A stretch of DNA of 64,000 nt from Octopus sinensis. Lineage: Eukaryota. Made by a program: the position numbers and the translations under genes. The DNA is taken from contig NC_043005.1 of the NCBI RefSeq assembly GCF_006345805.1, forward strand, positions 31,186,001 through 31,250,000, written 5' to 3'. The notes beneath the pieces are model-generated. The model did not search any database. It worked only from the letters and a program-made list of their open reading frames with translations, and was not told the DNA's origin. Positions 61,700 to 64,000 of the stretch are shown here, piece by piece; position 1 is the stretch's first letter, and the number at the start of each line of letters is the position of its first letter.

Positions 61700-62600
61700 A
61701 CATTTAATTTTTCGATCGTCGAAGAAATTAAGCAAATTATTATTATTAGTTAATACTATCTCCTTAAATCGTTAGTACATAATAAACAAAAATTGCTACC
61801 TATTCGATATGATTTTGCCTTACAAACTATCTCTCAATTTAAATTGTACTTAATATTTTTAGATTTTAGTTTCCATATATATTTACTAAGGCCAGTAGAA
61901 TTAATTAAATTTCTATTCTTAAATGAATTCATGTGTTGAGCCACCCGTAATTTAATTTTATTAGAAGTCGACCCTATGTAAATTGCATTTAAATTATAAC
62001 CATTTCTATTATTATCATCAATTAAATTCACTACACATTTATATACTACATCATCGAAATTACATTTATTATTAAAATTACAATTAGTTTTATCTCTACA
62101 CGTACAATTAATTATATTATTATTATTATTATTATTAATATTGGAATAAGTATTTGATTTGATCTTGTAAAAATTTTCAGCTTAAATTTATTAAAAGAAG
62201 AAATAATGTTAATTACATTATTAGTCGGAGAATAACCAACTCCAAAATTATTACTAGAAAAAATGTTATATTTTTTATTATTTCTAATGAATACTTCAAT
62301 TATAGTTAAAATCTCTTTAATAATGTTTGTTTTAACTTGAGCTCCATAAGGAATAACAAACCAAATTTTGTTCTTATTAATATTTTTTATATTATTAAAT
62401 TTATTATCATTAAATGAATTAAATTTAAACTTATGTTTTAGTCTATTATTATATTTATATCTTGTATTATCATAATACATATTATTGATACCATAATTAC
62501 CTAAATAAAACGTATCATAATTCTTAATGCTAGGTTTATTAATTTCCTTATTTCTCTTGCTTCTCTTCCTCTACATTACATCTGATATTAAATCTATAAA
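61700..62600 (-). pseudogene. Naiad-type PLE linker and GIY-YIG, AT-degraded
   Basis: KIWFVIPYGAQVKTNII...NIFSSNNFGVGYS. IYIGSTSNKIKLRVAQHMNSF...STGLSKYIWKLK. Confidence 0.82.
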
Positions 62601-62726
62601 CGGTTTTATATAAAATAACTTGCTAGCGTTCTCCTAACTTGCCAGCGTTCTCCTTACAACATATACATATTTATGCGGTAATCATATTTGGTTCAAATGG
62701 CTTATTGGTGTGTTTTATCACTTTCT

Positions 62727-62830
62727 TTTCCCCGATGAGATGATTTCATTGATTATGATTGCATAGTTTTACATCATTTTTATTCCCTCTGGAATAATCT
62801 CAATGCTTGTTTCGAAACATATGTTGGAAA
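62727..62830 (+). ncRNA. Decayed hammerhead motif, same family as 43178-43262
   Basis: UUUCC-CCGAUGA-GA...UC-GAA-ACAUAUGU-U-GGAAA. U4C substitution. Flanks align with 43.19-43.35 kb. Confidence 0.55.
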
Positions 62831-62948
62831 TATAAACGAATAACACCTGCGTTTGACCCCATTTCTTAATTTATACATGTTATACAAAGGAATTTCTACC
62901 TTTATGAATAGTCTGTAATATCTTTGGCGTTTCTTATTCTTTTATTCT

Positions 62949-63348
62949 TTTACTTGTTTCAGTCATTTGACTGTGGCCATGCTGGAGCACCACCTTTAGT
63001 CGAGCAAATCGACCCCAGGACTTACCCTTTTTAAGCCTAGTACTTATCTATCGGTTCCTTTTGCCGAACCGCTAAGTTACGGTGACGTAAACATACCAGC
63101 ATTAGCTGTCAAGCGACGTTGGGGGGACAAACACAGACACATAAACATATACGCACACATACACATACATATAAATATATATACGACGGGTTTCCTTCAG
63201 TTTCCGTCAACCAAATCCACTCACAAGGCTTTGGTCGGTTCGAGGCTAGAGTAGAAGACAGTTGCCCAAGGTGTCACGCAGTGGGTCTGAACCCAGAACC
63301 ATGCGGTTGTAAAACAAGCTACTTACCACACAGCGACGTCTGCGCCTA
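62949..63348 (-). mobile_element. Complete SINE family 2 copy inserted into a PLE pLTR
   Basis: Minus head TAGGCGCAG...TGTGTGGTAAGTAGCTTG, B box GGTTCAGACCC. The pLTR resumes at about 63350 (TTTTTGCTACCCTGGTAACTATTTAT, as at 43398). Confidence 0.88.
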
Positions 63349-63416
63349 TGTGAATTTTTGCTACCCTGGTAACTATTTATATATTTTTCCTTGTTATTTG
63401 TACCCGTTGAAAAATA

Positions 63417-63505
<89 letters not shown>

Positions 63506-63515
63506 TGTGTGTGTG

Positions 63516-63656
63516 CTTGTGTGTCTGTGTTTGTCCCCCTAACGTCGCTTGACTACTGATGCTGGTGTATTTATTTATGTCCTCCTTTGACTAAAACCCT
63601 TTAAACTTGTGGTCTACCATGGCCGCAATCAAATGTATGAAACAAGTAAAAGAATA
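63516..63656 (+). mobile_element. Partial SINE family 2 3' half
   Basis: GTGTCTGTGTTTGTCCCCC...CATGGCCGCAATCAAATG...GAAACAAGTAAAAG. Confidence 0.7.
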
Positions 63657-64000
63657 AAAGAATAAAAATTTTACACTTCCTTAGTAAATCCACTGCTAAT
63701 GGCATGATTCCTAATTATGCCTAACTATAGGATGCAGTTTTAATTATGCCTAATTATAGGTGGCAGCTTAAAGATAAAATCGATGAAATTAACTCCCAGC
63801 GTGTACTTGACTGGTATATATTATATCATACAACATACTCCAGCCACTACACTAGAGTCGTGCTGTCTTTTTTTTCTGTCTCTCCAAGAACAAACAGCGA
63901 AAACTGTCCTCATGTTCCTTTACTCAAACAACCTTACTTATTCGTCGCTTTTTGCTTTTCTTTTTTCTTTTTGTCCACAATCCCAAGCCTCACGTTAACA

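Overview
This is AT-rich eukaryotic genomic DNA almost entirely made of transposable-element debris and microsatellites. The repeat families resemble those I recall from Octopus genomes (inference, no database search). I found no host protein-coding exon, rRNA, true tRNA gene or CRISPR array that I can support. Contents: (i) a dozen or so R4/Dong-type non-LTR retrotransposon copies (RT + CCHC + restriction-like endonuclease) from several families, most abutting (TAA)n tracts, two near full length (29.07-32.8 kb minus, 54.0-57.6 kb plus); (ii) many Penelope-like element (PLE) fragments of two types, often in inverted arrangements; (iii) CR1/L2-group and RTE LINE remnants; (iv) two Ty3/gypsy remnants (5' LTR + tRNA-Trp PBS + gag; integrase + PPT + 3' LTR); (v) DD37D maT-type Tc1/mariner deletion derivatives, a TTAA-flanked Kolobok-like MITE and a 163-bp foldback; (vi) three tRNA-derived SINE families. 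Best leads: a 2.06-kb ORF1-only (HAL1-like) Tx1/L1-type retroelement with a 14-16 bp TSD inside a SINE head, itself part of a nested stack; five minimal type I hammerhead-ribozyme motifs with palindromic stem III, including a U3-A8 covariant core and a CUGUUGA core; and a decayed Ulp1/C48-like protease domain just upstream of a PLE ORF on the same strand. Boundaries of decayed elements were set by eye and are approximate (tens of bp).
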